This document shows, in pieces, positions 49,963 to 59,611 of a stretch of 64,000 nt of DNA. Source of the DNA: an uncultured Chloroflexia bacterium (GTDB lineage: Bacteria; Chloroflexota; Chloroflexia; Thermomicrobiales; UBA6265). Under the pieces are notes generated by a model, which saw only the letters and a program-made list of their open reading frames with translations, was not told the origin of the DNA and did not search any database. The stretch lies in contig CAVRUC010000007.1 of assembly GCA_963724295.1 (NCBI GenBank), forward strand, positions 416,001 to 480,000. The letters run 5' to 3'. Position 1 is the stretch's first letter, and the number at the start of each line of letters is the position of its first letter. The position numbers were made by a program, and so were the translations under genes.

Positions 49963-50050
49963 GTGTCATTCCCCGGGACGAGAAATCTCGTCGTTTGTCG
50001 CGGTAGAACGCGGGATGCGAGATTCTTCGCCCGCGGGCTCAGGTTGACAC
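49963..50050. repeat. Degenerate REP-like inverted-repeat element
   Basis: GTGTCATTCC..GAAATCTCG ... CGAGATTCTTCG..GCTCAGGTTGACAC between convergent genes. Confidence 0.5.
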
Positions 50051-50116
50051 CCTTTTTCCATCTTGTGGCCGCCAGGATGGCAGGTCGATTGCACGCTGCT
50101 CGCGGTGGCAATGCAA

Positions 50117-51091
50117 TCAGATCACCGCAAGCGATTCCTGGGTGCGGTATGTGGCCGAGACACTGGCGCCGGTGTGGATCCGCTGCACGGTCTCGCCCAG
50201 CAAGGATGCCACTGAAAGGATGGTGAGTTTGGGAATGCGCTTTTCCTGCGGTACGGCGATGCTGTTGGTGACGACCACTTCCCTGATGACGCACTCCTGC
50301 AGTCGCTGCACAGCGGGTCCCGAGAGCACGGGATGGATCGCCGACGCGTAGACTTCGGTGGCCCCCGCCTCCAGGCATACATCTGCCGCCTGGGTGATCG
50401 ATCCGGCAGTGTCGATCTCGTCGTCGACGATGATTGCCTGCCTGCCCGCGACCGACCCGATCAGGTTCAGCACCTCGGTGCGGTCCTGGTTCCCGGCGCG
50501 TCGCTTCTCGATGATGGCCAGGGGCGCGTCGACGATCTCCGCGAAGTTGCGAGCGCGCTTGGTGTTGCCCAGGTCGGGTGAGACGACGACCGGGTCGGGC
50601 AGGCGCTTTTGCGCGAAATAGGCTGCCGTCAGCGACATGGCACTCATCTCGTCGACGGGAACGTCAAAGAACCCCTGGATCTGCCCGGCATGAAGATCGA
50701 GCAGGAGGGCGCGGTCGGCTCCCGAGACGCCGACCAGTTTGGCGACCAGCCGCGCCGTGATGGGCACTCGCGGCTGATCCTTCTTGTCGGTGCGGCCGTA
50801 GCCAAAATAGGGAATGACAGCAGTCACCCGTCCCGCCGACGCCCGCTTGATGGTATCGATCATGATCAGCATCTCCATGATCGAATCATTGATCGGAGCA
50901 GAGAACGACTGCACGACAAAGACGTCGTTCTCGCGGACGCTTTCGTTGATCCGTACGAACGTGTTGTCATTCGCAAACTTGAAGACCTCGGCGCGTCCGA
51001 CAGGGATGCCGATGTAGGCGCAGATCTCCCGGGCCAGCTCCGGGTTGGAATTGCCGGCAAAGACGCTGAGCTGATCGTAGTGGCCCGCCAC
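50117..51091 (-). CDS. prs: Ribose-phosphate pyrophosphokinase
   Basis: PYFGYGRTDKK, DLHAGQIQGFF, VVSPD, DDEIDTAGS. Confidence 0.95.
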   Translation of the reverse strand: MAGHYDQLSVFAGNSNPELAREICAYIGIPVGRAEVFKFANDNTFVRINESVRENDVFVVQSFSAPINDSIMEMLIMIDTIKRASAGRVTAVIPYFGYGRTDKKDQPRVPITARLVAKLVGVSGADRALLLDLHAGQIQGFFDVPVDEMSAMSLTAAYFAQKRLPDPVVVSPDLGNTKRARNFAEIVDAPLAIIEKRRAGNQDRTEVLNLIGSVAGRQAIIVDDEIDTAGSITQAADVCLEAGATEVYASAIHPVLSGPAVQRLQECVIREVVVTNSIAVPQEKRIPKLTILSVASLLGETVQRIHTGASVSATYRTQESLAVI

Positions 51092-51192
51092 GTTCCTCTC
51101 TCCTGGCCGGCGCCGGCCCGTACTCCGCGCTGCCTCGCATAGCGGCACTGCACCCTGGGGTCCATCCTACCCTGATTCTCGTCTCCGTCCAT

Positions 51193-52029
51193 TCAGTCCA
51201 CGACGATCGCGGATGGCGAACGCAACCCATCCGGGTCCGCGACCAGCGTGGCCAGGGCGGCCGCTGCCGCGGCTTGCTCCGCTTCCCGTTTTGACGGACC
51301 AACCCCCCGGCCGAGAACGGTTTCGTCAAATCTCGCTTCCACCACGAAGGTGCGAGCGTGATCCGGTCCCTGCGTCGACACGGTTTCGTACTCCGGCGCT
51401 CGGCGGTAGCGCTCTTGCAGCAGCTCCTGGAGGCGGCCCTTCGGGTTGGCGACGCCTTCCGCATTGGCGATGATCTGCGGGGCATCGCGTTCGAGCAAGC
51501 GCAAGAGAAATCTTCTGGCCGCACCGAAACCCCGGTCCAGAGCCACGGCGCCGATGACGGCCTCGAATGCGCCGGCGAGCATGCGGTCCCGGCTCCCCGG
51601 ACCGGGTCGCTCGCCCTGCCCCAGATAGAGGTACGATCCAAGGTCGATCTCCCGCGCCCAGCGCACCAGCGTCTCGGCTCGCACCAGGGCAACCCGCCTG
51701 CGCGTCAACTGCCCTTCATCGGCGTCGGGATCGAGGTTGTACAGATACTCCGCGGCGACGGCGCCCAGGACGGCGTCACCCAGAAACTCGAGCCGCTCGT
51801 TGGTGAGGGCGGCCGGATGCTCAGTCGAGATTCCCGCGCTCGCGACCTCGTGCAAGATCGAGCGATGAGTCAGGGCAGTTCGCAATAAGCCCAGATCCCG
51901 AAAGCGGAAATGCAGCGCCCGCGCCAGTCGCGCCGCGTTGTCCTTGCCCACCGGCCGGGGCAGCTTTTTCCCTGGCTTCGGTCCTTCGGCGCGGGCGGGA
52001 TCCGTATTCCGGCGTTCGGGAGGGTCCAT
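51193..52029 (-). CDS. rnc: Ribonuclease III
   Basis: ALTHRS, NERLEFLGDAVL, FEAVIGA, dsRBD with K..LQE and SKREAEQAAA. Confidence 0.96.
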   Translation of the reverse strand: MDPPERRNTDPARAEGPKPGKKLPRPVGKDNAARLARALHFRFRDLGLLRTALTHRSILHEVASAGISTEHPAALTNERLEFLGDAVLGAVAAEYLYNLDPDADEGQLTRRRVALVRAETLVRWAREIDLGSYLYLGQGERPGPGSRDRMLAGAFEAVIGAVALDRGFGAARRFLLRLLERDAPQIIANAEGVANPKGRLQELLQERYRRAPEYETVSTQGPDHARTFVVEARFDETVLGRGVGPSKREAEQAAAAAALATLVADPDGLRSPSAIVVD

Positions 52030-52486
52030 TAGCCACCTGGAATCGACGCCGACCTGGCCAGCGCGGCCGGAAGGTCGATGCCCGCGCTCTGGGCGAGCTG
52101 GTACAGCGCATCCCAGTTGACCGAGATGAAGTAGTCGTAGTGTCCGGGTTCGGTCTCCTCGCTCCGTGACTCGGCGAAGTCGAAGCGCACCAGGTAGGCA
52201 ATCAGAGCATCGGCGATGGCATTTTGCTCTGCGTCACGATCGTCGAGTCGAATCTCATGCCTGGCCGAGCGCCCTGCGCTTCGAACGCGAGGAGGAGTCC
52301 GGTTCGGAACGAGGGGAACATCGCCCGCGCTCGCTCTGCCGCCTCGGAGACAATATGCCGTTTGTCGGCCTCGATCACTGTCGCCGGCTCGTCGGCCGGC
52401 GCATTCAGATCGACGTCTTTCTGGGCGTCGGTGATGGCATAGTCGCGGACAATGAGGTCGAGCAATTCGGCAAATGCATCGGCCAC
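52029..52486 (-). CDS. Hypothetical protein coupled to rnc; frame break near 52260
   Basis: VADAFAELLDLIVRDY... joins to HEIRLDDRD...VNWDAL; its TAA overlaps the rnc ATG. Confidence 0.6.
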
Positions 52487-52612
52487 GCACACTCTCCCGC
52501 TCCGTGCGCCGCTGGGTGCCACGGGCGGCAAGTACGGCGTCTGCCGATTATACGGTCGCGGGGGCGATGATCCGGGATGGATCGTTGACGCTACGCGCGG
52601 AACGCGCGCAAT

Positions 52613-53347
52613 CTAGCACCAACCGGCGATTTGGGGAATGGTGACGAAGCTGTAGCCTTGCGCGCTGAGGTCATCGATGATCCACGGCAGGGCGACGGCC
52701 GTTCCATCGTTACTTCGCTGGGCATCGAGATGCAGCTCGATGATGGCGCCATCGTAGGCGCCGCTGACGGCGTTGCCGTAGATTGATTCGGCGGTCGCAC
52801 CCGGGTCCCAATCACCGGAACTGACGCTCCACCCGACCGTAATCAGACCCAGTGAGCTGGCGATCGACCGGACGCGCTCATCGCTCGCACTCGCATACGG
52901 TGTAAACCATGGTCCGGGGTCGTAGCCGAGCGCCCAGCTGAGCGCGCTGGATGCCGCCTGCAGATCCCAGGCGACATCGTCGTCCGCGCGAATCGTCAAT
53001 TCGGGTGGGACGTAGCCATGGCTGCCCACGGGATGACCCCAGGCCGCGATCTGCTGCACGAGCCACGGACTCTGCTCGGCAAGCCAGCCCATGACAAACA
53101 TCGAGGCGGGCACGCCATAGGCCCCCAGCGTGTCCAGAATGCCGACAGCCGGGTCGTACCCCGAGCCGATGTTGAACATCAGCGCGACCTGCGAGCAACC
53201 GGGCGTCCCCGTCGATAGGTCGTAGGCGCTCTGGGCGGAGGCACTCGGGGGGCGGCTCGCGGGCCAGCCGGTCAGCTCTGTCGCGATGAGTCCAGCTGCC
53301 CCGGCCAGCGCACCTTTTACGAGTCGCCGGCGGTCGATCATTGGCAT
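52613..53347 (-). CDS. Tat-exported NodB-fold polysaccharide deacetylase-like protein with degenerate active site
   Basis: DRRRLVK signal plus ASA cleavage site; SMFVMG, GSHG, WSVSSGDW, GAIIELH, GYSFVTI. Confidence 0.8.
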   Translation of the reverse strand: MPMIDRRRLVKGALAGAAGLIATELTGWPASRPPSASAQSAYDLSTGTPGCSQVALMFNIGSGYDPAVGILDTLGAYGVPASMFVMGWLAEQSPWLVQQIAAWGHPVGSHGYVPPELTIRADDDVAWDLQAASSALSWALGYDPGPWFTPYASASDERVRSIASSLGLITVGWSVSSGDWDPGATAESIYGNAVSGAYDGAIIELHLDAQRSNDGTAVALPWIIDDLSAQGYSFVTIPQIAGWC

Positions 53348-53637
53348 TCCCACTTCCCCCAACCGGCCCGCGGAGTGGCCTGACGATTAACCAGGACATT
53401 GCGGGTCGCACGGGATCAACCGCACTCGTATCCAATACGCAATTTGACCCATGCCGGATTCGCCTCTTGATAGTCACGAGTCCCAATCACGAAGAACCGG
53501 CCTGTCAACCGGAACTTCCTTGCCGGCCGCCGGAGATTACCCTATAAGTCCGTCGGATCCTACTTGGCACGAGCACGGTGGTAGCGAGTGCTGTAAGAGC
53601 GACGCGTGTCGACGCGGCAGACGATCTGGAGGCAATC

Positions 53638-54627
53638 ATGGCGACCAGCACGGCGGGGGCAGTGGAGCTGAATCGGGACACCCTGCTCGGCATGTACGAG
53701 ACAATGATGCAGATCCGCACATTCGAGGACCTGGCCGGCAAGAACTTCGCTGCCGGTCTCGTCCCCGGTTTCGTTCATCTCTACGCCGGCGAAGAGGCCG
53801 TCGCGGTCGGCATCTGCTCCCAACTGACTGACAACGACTACATCACCTCGACCCACCGCGGTCACGGACACTGTATCGCCAAAGGCGTCGACATCGCGGG
53901 CATGGTCGCGGAGCTGATGGGCAAGTCCTCCGGCGTCTGCAAGGGCAAGGGCGGATCGATGCACATCGCGGACGTTGAGAAAGGCATGCTGGGCGCCAAT
54001 GGCATCGTGGGCGGGGGTATTCCACTCGCCTGCGGCGCGGCGCTGACGGCAAAGACCCTCGGCACGGGCGGTGTCGCGGTCTGCTTCTTCGGCGATGGCG
54101 CCGCTAACCAGGGCACATTCCACGAAGGTCTGAATCTCGCCGCGATCTGGAACCTCCCCGTCGTCTTCGTCTGCGAAAATAACGGCTACGCCGAGTCCAC
54201 CCCGGTTCGCTATCACTGTGCCGCGAGCGACATCGCCAACCGGGCCGGCGCCTATGAAATCCCCGGCGTGGTCGTGGACGGGCTCGACGTCTTCGCCGTC
54301 TACGAGGCCGCCGCCGAGGCGATCGACCGTGCCCGGCGCGGTGAGGGGCCAAGTCTGCTGGAGGCCAAGACCTATCGCTTCTACGGGCACTTCCAGGGCG
54401 ACCAGGTGACGTATCGTACCGCCGACGAGCTCGAACTCTACAAACAACGGGATCCGATTACCGCGCTACGGAAGGCGATCGTCGATCGTGGCATCGCCAG
54501 CGAAGGCGAACTCGACGCGATCGACGCGCGCGTGACGCGGCAGCTCGACGATGCCTGGGTTGCCGCGAAGGCCGCGCCCTTCCCTGAGCCGGAAGAGGCG
54601 CTTACCGACGTCTACGTGACGTATTAG
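53638..54627 (+). CDS. acoA: TPP-dependent acetoin dehydrogenase E1 alpha
   Basis: STHRGHGH, GKGGSMH, GDGAANQG, ENN. Confidence 0.85.
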   Translation: MATSTAGAVELNRDTLLGMYETMMQIRTFEDLAGKNFAAGLVPGFVHLYAGEEAVAVGICSQLTDNDYITSTHRGHGHCIAKGVDIAGMVAELMGKSSGVCKGKGGSMHIADVEKGMLGANGIVGGGIPLACGAALTAKTLGTGGVAVCFFGDGAANQGTFHEGLNLAAIWNLPVVFVCENNGYAESTPVRYHCAASDIANRAGAYEIPGVVVDGLDVFAVYEAAAEAIDRARRGEGPSLLEAKTYRFYGHFQGDQVTYRTADELELYKQRDPITALRKAIVDRGIASEGELDAIDARVTRQLDDAWVAAKAAPFPEPEEALTDVYVTY

Positions 54628-54670
54628 CCGAGACTCGCTTACGGCTTACTGACTGGCCGGGGAGGAACGA

Positions 54671-55696
54671 ATGGTCGCCGCAACCGCGACGCGCACGATG
54701 ACCTACCAGCAAGCCATCAACGAAGCATTGCAAATTGCGATGCGCGAGGATCCAACGGTCGTCCTCCTCGGCGAGGACATCGCGGGCGGCGCCATGGTCG
54801 ATCACCTCGTGAACGACGATGCCTGGGGCGGCCCGATGGGGGTCACAAAGGGTCTCGTCCAGGAATTCGGCCGCAACCGGGTGCTGGACACCCCGATTAC
54901 CGAGGCGGGGTTCATCGGCGCCGCGGTCGGGGCGGCCGCCACCGGCCTCAGACCGGTGGCCGAGCTGATGTTCGTCGACTTCTTTGGCTGCTGTATGGAC
55001 CAGATCTTCGACCAGGGCGCCAAACTCCGCTACATGTTCGGCGGGAAAGCCAGGTGCCCGGTCACCATCCGCACCCAGATTGGCGCCGGTGTGAGCGCCG
55101 CCGGTCAGCATTCCGGGTGTCACTACTCGGTGTTCACCCACATGCCCGGTATCAAGTGCGTCGTGCCATCGACGCCGGCAGACGCCAAAGGGCTTCTGCT
55201 GAGCGCGATTCGCGACGACGATCTGGTGATGTTCTTTGAGAACAAGGTGCTCTACGGGACCAAAGGCGAAGTGCCTGAGGGAGACAAGGGTATCCCGCTC
55301 GGTGTGGCCGACGTGAAGCGCGAGGGCGATGACCTGACGATCGTCGCCATCTCGCGCATGGTGCACCAGGCCCTGGCCGCCGCCGATCAACTCTCGGCAG
55401 AGGGCATCGAAGCCGAGGTCATCGACCCTCGGACCCTGTCTCCGCTGGATGAAGAGACGATCCTGAGCTCGGTAGCAAAGACTCATCGCCTGTTGGTTGT
55501 CGACGAAGACAACCCGCGCTGCAGCGCGGCGACGGACATCGCGGCAATGGTCGCGGACCGCGGCTTCGACACGCTCGACGCTCCGATCAAGCGCCTTACG
55601 GCACCGCACACACCGGTGCCATTCAGCCCGCCGCTGGAGCAGTTCTACGTGCCGAGCGCGGAGCGCATCGCGGAAGCTGCGCGAGAGATCGTCTAA
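54671..55696 (+). CDS. acoB: Acetoin dehydrogenase E1 beta
   Basis: DAWGG..GVTKGL, DTPITE, ELMFVDF, AKLRYMFGG, QHS. Confidence 0.87.
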   Translation: MVAATATRTMTYQQAINEALQIAMREDPTVVLLGEDIAGGAMVDHLVNDDAWGGPMGVTKGLVQEFGRNRVLDTPITEAGFIGAAVGAAATGLRPVAELMFVDFFGCCMDQIFDQGAKLRYMFGGKARCPVTIRTQIGAGVSAAGQHSGCHYSVFTHMPGIKCVVPSTPADAKGLLLSAIRDDDLVMFFENKVLYGTKGEVPEGDKGIPLGVADVKREGDDLTIVAISRMVHQALAAADQLSAEGIEAEVIDPRTLSPLDEETILSSVAKTHRLLVVDEDNPRCSAATDIAAMVADRGFDTLDAPIKRLTAPHTPVPFSPPLEQFYVPSAERIAEAAREIV

Positions 55697-55717
55697 TCGT
55701 TTGACGACCAGGACTCA

Positions 55718-55746
55718 CGACTGACCGACTGACCGACTGACCGACT
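55718..55746 (+). repeat. 8-bp tandem repeat CGACTGAC, three copies plus a partial one
   Basis: cgactgac cgactgac cgactgac cgact between acoB and acoC. Confidence 0.85.
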
Positions 55747-55758
55747 CGGAGACCGCGC

Positions 55759-57096
55759 ATGCCAACAATCGTCACCATGCCGAAGTGGGGACTGACCATG
55801 ACCTCGGGAACCATCACCGGCTGGTCCCGCGAGGAAGGGGATCCTGTCACCGAAGGGGTCCCGCTGCTCACCGTGGAAACCGAAAAGGCGGTCGACGACG
55901 TCGAGGCGCCCGCCAGCGGCGTGCTGCGCAAGATCGTCGCCGGCGTGGGGAGTGAGGTACCGGTGATGGGCGCTGTCGCCGTTATCACCGCTCCCGGCGA
56001 AGATCTCAGCGATGAAGACGTGCAAGCTCTGGTCGCCACGTCGAGTGGCGCGACCGCGACAGCCGGCGGTGCCGCGCCACGCGTCGCGCGCGAGGGGCGG
56101 CAGGCGGCCCGGGATGCCAGTGGCCGGGTCAACGCCTCTCCCGCGGCACGCAAGCGGGCGGGCGAGCTGGGCGTCGACCTGGCATCCGTGGAGGCAACCG
56201 GTCCCGGTGGGCGGATCACCAGCGAAGACGTGGAGCGCGCCGCCGAAGCCGTCGCTGCCTCTGCTGCCGCGCTGCGGACCGAAGTCGTCGAGCTAGAGGA
56301 CGGCACAAGAATCGCCGCGCTCCTGGCCGGCCCGCCCGAGGCGACGGAGACGATCGTCTTTTTGCACGGACTTGGTGGCTCCCAGTCAACCTGGGCCAGC
56401 GTGCTCGGTAATTTCGCCGAGACGTACCGCATCGTCGCCGTCGACCTTCCGGGTCACGGCGCCAGCGACAAGCCGTCGCCAGAATCGATCGACTATTCAA
56501 TCCCGAATCTCGCCGCCAGGATTGGCGAGCTTCTGGAGAAGCGGGAACTTGCGCCCGCCGTGCTCGTCGGCCACTCTCTCGGTGGCGCAACGGCCCTCCA
56601 CCTCGCGCTCGACCGTCCCAAGCTCGTCCGCGCACTGGCACTCGTCGATACCGCTGCTCTCGGGTTGGAGATCAGCGGCGAATTGCTCGACCGGGTCGAA
56701 TCCGAGCCCTCGCGCGACGAGGCGCGGCGGTTGCTGGAGCTATTTTTCGAGAATCGGCGGTTCGTCCTCGAACGCGGCATCGACGAGATGTATGCCGCGC
56801 GCACCGCACCAGGCGGCGACGAGGCCGTGAAAGCGATCGCCGCGAGCGCGTTCACCCGGCAGGGTCAGAATCTGGTCCTCGTCGATCGTCTCGGCGAGCT
56901 CGAAATTCCACTCCTTGTCATCTGGGGTGAGCTCGACCGGGTGCTCCCGTCGAGGCACGCGGTGGCGGCGGTTGCCGCCCAGCCAACGGCCTGGCTCGAG
57001 ATCATGGAGGGCGTGGGCCACGTGCCGCACGTCGAAGCAGCGCCGGCGTTTGCCGCGATCGTCAATCGCTGGCTGGCCTCGATCCCGCGGTCGTGA
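55759..57096 (+). CDS. acoC: AcoC-type E2: lipoyl domain, subunit-binding domain and alpha/beta hydrolase
   Basis: MPKWG, ETEKAV, ASPAARKRA..TGPGGRI, GHSLGG, GH. Confidence 0.85.
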   Translation: MPTIVTMPKWGLTMTSGTITGWSREEGDPVTEGVPLLTVETEKAVDDVEAPASGVLRKIVAGVGSEVPVMGAVAVITAPGEDLSDEDVQALVATSSGATATAGGAAPRVAREGRQAARDASGRVNASPAARKRAGELGVDLASVEATGPGGRITSEDVERAAEAVAASAAALRTEVVELEDGTRIAALLAGPPEATETIVFLHGLGGSQSTWASVLGNFAETYRIVAVDLPGHGASDKPSPESIDYSIPNLAARIGELLEKRELAPAVLVGHSLGGATALHLALDRPKLVRALALVDTAALGLEISGELLDRVESEPSRDEARRLLELFFENRRFVLERGIDEMYAARTAPGGDEAVKAIAASAFTRQGQNLVLVDRLGELEIPLLVIWGELDRVLPSRHAVAAVAAQPTAWLEIMEGVGHVPHVEAAPAFAAIVNRWLASIPRS

Positions 57097-58139
57097 CGGA
57101 GCGCGCGCTCGTTGGAATCATCGCCAACCCAGCCTCGGGGAAGGACATCCGGCGCCTCGTCGCCCACGGCTCCACCTTCGACAACAACGAGAAGATCAAT
57201 ATCGTGCGGCGTGTGTTGCTTGGGCTGGATGCCGCCGGGATCAGCGAGGTCGCCTATCTCCCCGATACCTACGGCATCGTCGAGCGAGCGGCGGCCACGG
57301 CGACACCGCGGCTGACCCTCACGCCACTTTCGATGCCGGTCGTGGGTCATGCCAGCGATTCGATCGAAGCCGCGCAGCGCCTGCGCGATCTCCGCGCGGC
57401 CGCGATTGTCACCTTGGGTGGAGATGGCACGAACCGCGTCGTGGCCAAGGGTTGCGGCGACGTACCCCTGCTGCCCCTCTCGACCGGAACGAACAACGTC
57501 TTTCCTCGCATGGTCGAGGGCACCCTGGCCGGGCTCGCGGCGGGACTAGTCGCCACCGGCATTGCCCGGAACAGGCCTGGGCATCCCCGGGTCATTCGTC
57601 GCGCGCCGCGGCTCGAAGTGCAAATCGATGGTCTGGCAGCGGACAGCGCGCTCATCGACGTCGTGGCGTCGAGTCAGACCTGGATCGGCGCTCGCGCTCT
57701 GTGGGAGCCAGCACACCTGCGGGAGATCGTGCTCTCCCGCATCAGCGCCTCGGCGATCGGCATCGCCAGCCTGGGCGGCGCCCTCTTCCCGGGATCGTGC
57801 GACAGTTGCGCGGGTGCCTGGATCACCATCGGCGACGCCACTTCGTCTCCAAGAACCGTGACGATCCCGATCGCGCCCGGTCTGCTCCGGGCCGTGCCGA
57901 TTGCCGACGCCGGCCTGCTCAATCACGGCGACGCCGTCACCCTCCGCGGCGGGCCGTGTACGCTCGCCCTGGACGGCGAGCGGGAGATCGAGATCCAGGA
58001 TCCGAATGCGCAGATCTCGGTCCGCCTCGATCCGCGCGGCCCACGAGTCATCGACGTCGACGCCGCACTGGCCGCCGGCGCCGCCGCTGGAGCATTCGTC
58101 ACGACCCGATGTCACCAGGCGCATCAAGCGGAGGTCTGA
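57093..58139 (+). CDS. acoX: AcoX / ATP-NAD kinase family protein
   Basis: GIIANPASGKDIRRLVA, LGGDGTNR, STGTNNVFP, LDGERE. Confidence 0.88.
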   Translation: MTERALVGIIANPASGKDIRRLVAHGSTFDNNEKINIVRRVLLGLDAAGISEVAYLPDTYGIVERAAATATPRLTLTPLSMPVVGHASDSIEAAQRLRDLRAAAIVTLGGDGTNRVVAKGCGDVPLLPLSTGTNNVFPRMVEGTLAGLAAGLVATGIARNRPGHPRVIRRAPRLEVQIDGLAADSALIDVVASSQTWIGARALWEPAHLREIVLSRISASAIGIASLGGALFPGSCDSCAGAWITIGDATSSPRTVTIPIAPGLLRAVPIADAGLLNHGDAVTLRGGPCTLALDGEREIEIQDPNAQISVRLDPRGPRVIDVDAALAAGAAAGAFVTTRCHQAHQAEV

Positions 58140-59526
58140 AGTCCGCCCAGGGCATCGCGGACTCGAAGGCGGCCGCGGCGCGAAGGACTGTGCTGTCGTC
58201 GCGCCAACGCCCGACAATCTGCAAGCCCACCGGAAGCCCATCCCGGGCGAAGGCGCATGGTACGGTTGCCGCCGGTTGGCCGGTCAGATTGAAGGGAAAG
58301 GTGAACGGTGTCCAGTCGAGCGGCGCCAGGGTCGCTCGCTGCCAGTCATCCGGCTCGTCCAGGCCGGCTGTGAACGCCGTCACAGGCAGCGTTGGTGTCA
58401 AGAGCAGGTCGAAACGGTCCATGAACTGGCGCATCCCCGTGTAATAGGTGTTTCGCTGTTGCAGAGCGTGCGCCACATCCGTGGCCGATAGCGATTTCGT
58501 ACGCTCGATGACCGCCAGCAATCCCGGATCGAGCAAATGGCCCACCTCGTCGAGCCGCCCTGCGAAATAACCGGCCATGGCGCCCGACCACATTACGTCG
58601 ATGATGGCCGTGGGGTCAGGGAGGTTGGGATCGATCTGCTCAATCTCACACCCGAGGTCGCGAAACGTCATTGCGGCCCGCTCGGTGTTCTCCAGCACGT
58701 CGCTCGCGACCCGCGCGTAGCCGAGGGTTGGCGACCAGGCAACACGCAGCCCGCCCACACCGGCGTCGAGATCTCGGGTGTAGTCGATGCCGCTCGACCA
58801 CGAGAGCCGGTCGCTTGCATCGGCTCCGGCCATCGCATTGAGCATCAGCGCCGCGTCGCGCACCGTCCTGGTCATCGGACCAAGGTGCGAGAGGTCTCCC
58901 ACCGCGCTAGGCGGATACTGTGGCACTAGGCCAAACGACTGCTTGAATCCGAAGATGCCGCAAAATGCAGCCGGGATCCGGATCGAGCCAGCGCCATCAC
59001 TCCCTTGCGCGAGCGGCCCAAGACCGGCGGCTGTCGCCGCCGCCGCCCCGCCGCTCGATCCGCCTGATGTCTTGGCGAGGTTCCAGGGGTTGAACGAAGG
59101 GCCGAACACGCGGTTTCCCGAATCGCCCTTCCAGCCCAGCTCAGGGGTATTGGTCTTCCCCAGCATGACGGCCCCGGCAGCGAACAATCGCTCGACAACA
59201 GGGGCATCTTCATCCGGTACCCAGTCAGGGTCGATCAACGAGCCGCGCGCGGTCCGGATACCACGAGTCGGCGTCAGGTCCTTGATCGACATTGGTATGC
59301 CCGCCAGCGGCGGGGCCACTCCGTCGGCGTAGGCTCGCTCGGCCGTGCGCGCCTGCTCGAGCGCCAGCTCGGGTGTCACGACGGTGAACGCAGTGAGCTT
59401 CGGGTTGACACGCTCGATCCGCTCCAGGATGGCACGTGTCACCTCAACGGGTGAGAGCGCTCCCGCGCTGTAGAGTGTCTTGAGTTCGCTTGCAGACAAA
59501 TAGGCGATCGACTCCGCCGCGTGCAT
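58099..59526 (-). CDS. Amidase signature family enzyme
   Basis: IKD, GKTNTPE, GGSSGG, GSDGAGSIRIPA. Confidence 0.93.
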   Translation of the reverse strand: MHAAESIAYLSASELKTLYSAGALSPVEVTRAILERIERVNPKLTAFTVVTPELALEQARTAERAYADGVAPPLAGIPMSIKDLTPTRGIRTARGSLIDPDWVPDEDAPVVERLFAAGAVMLGKTNTPELGWKGDSGNRVFGPSFNPWNLAKTSGGSSGGAAAATAAGLGPLAQGSDGAGSIRIPAAFCGIFGFKQSFGLVPQYPPSAVGDLSHLGPMTRTVRDAALMLNAMAGADASDRLSWSSGIDYTRDLDAGVGGLRVAWSPTLGYARVASDVLENTERAAMTFRDLGCEIEQIDPNLPDPTAIIDVMWSGAMAGYFAGRLDEVGHLLDPGLLAVIERTKSLSATDVAHALQQRNTYYTGMRQFMDRFDLLLTPTLPVTAFTAGLDEPDDWQRATLAPLDWTPFTFPFNLTGQPAATVPCAFARDGLPVGLQIVGRWRDDSTVLRAAAAFESAMPWADFRPPLDAPGDIGS

Positions 59527-59611
59527 CTACTTCACCCCGTCCAAGCCTCCAGGGATATGTCGTGAACCGTCCGTGGAAGCAGTATCAGCGTTTTCCGGCT
59601 CATGACTGGGG

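Noticed and set aside
53563..53580. Sigma-54 promoter (TTGGCACG) upstream of acoA
   Set aside because: The -24 element matches but the -12 TTGC is absent (CGGT), and no activator gene is nearby.
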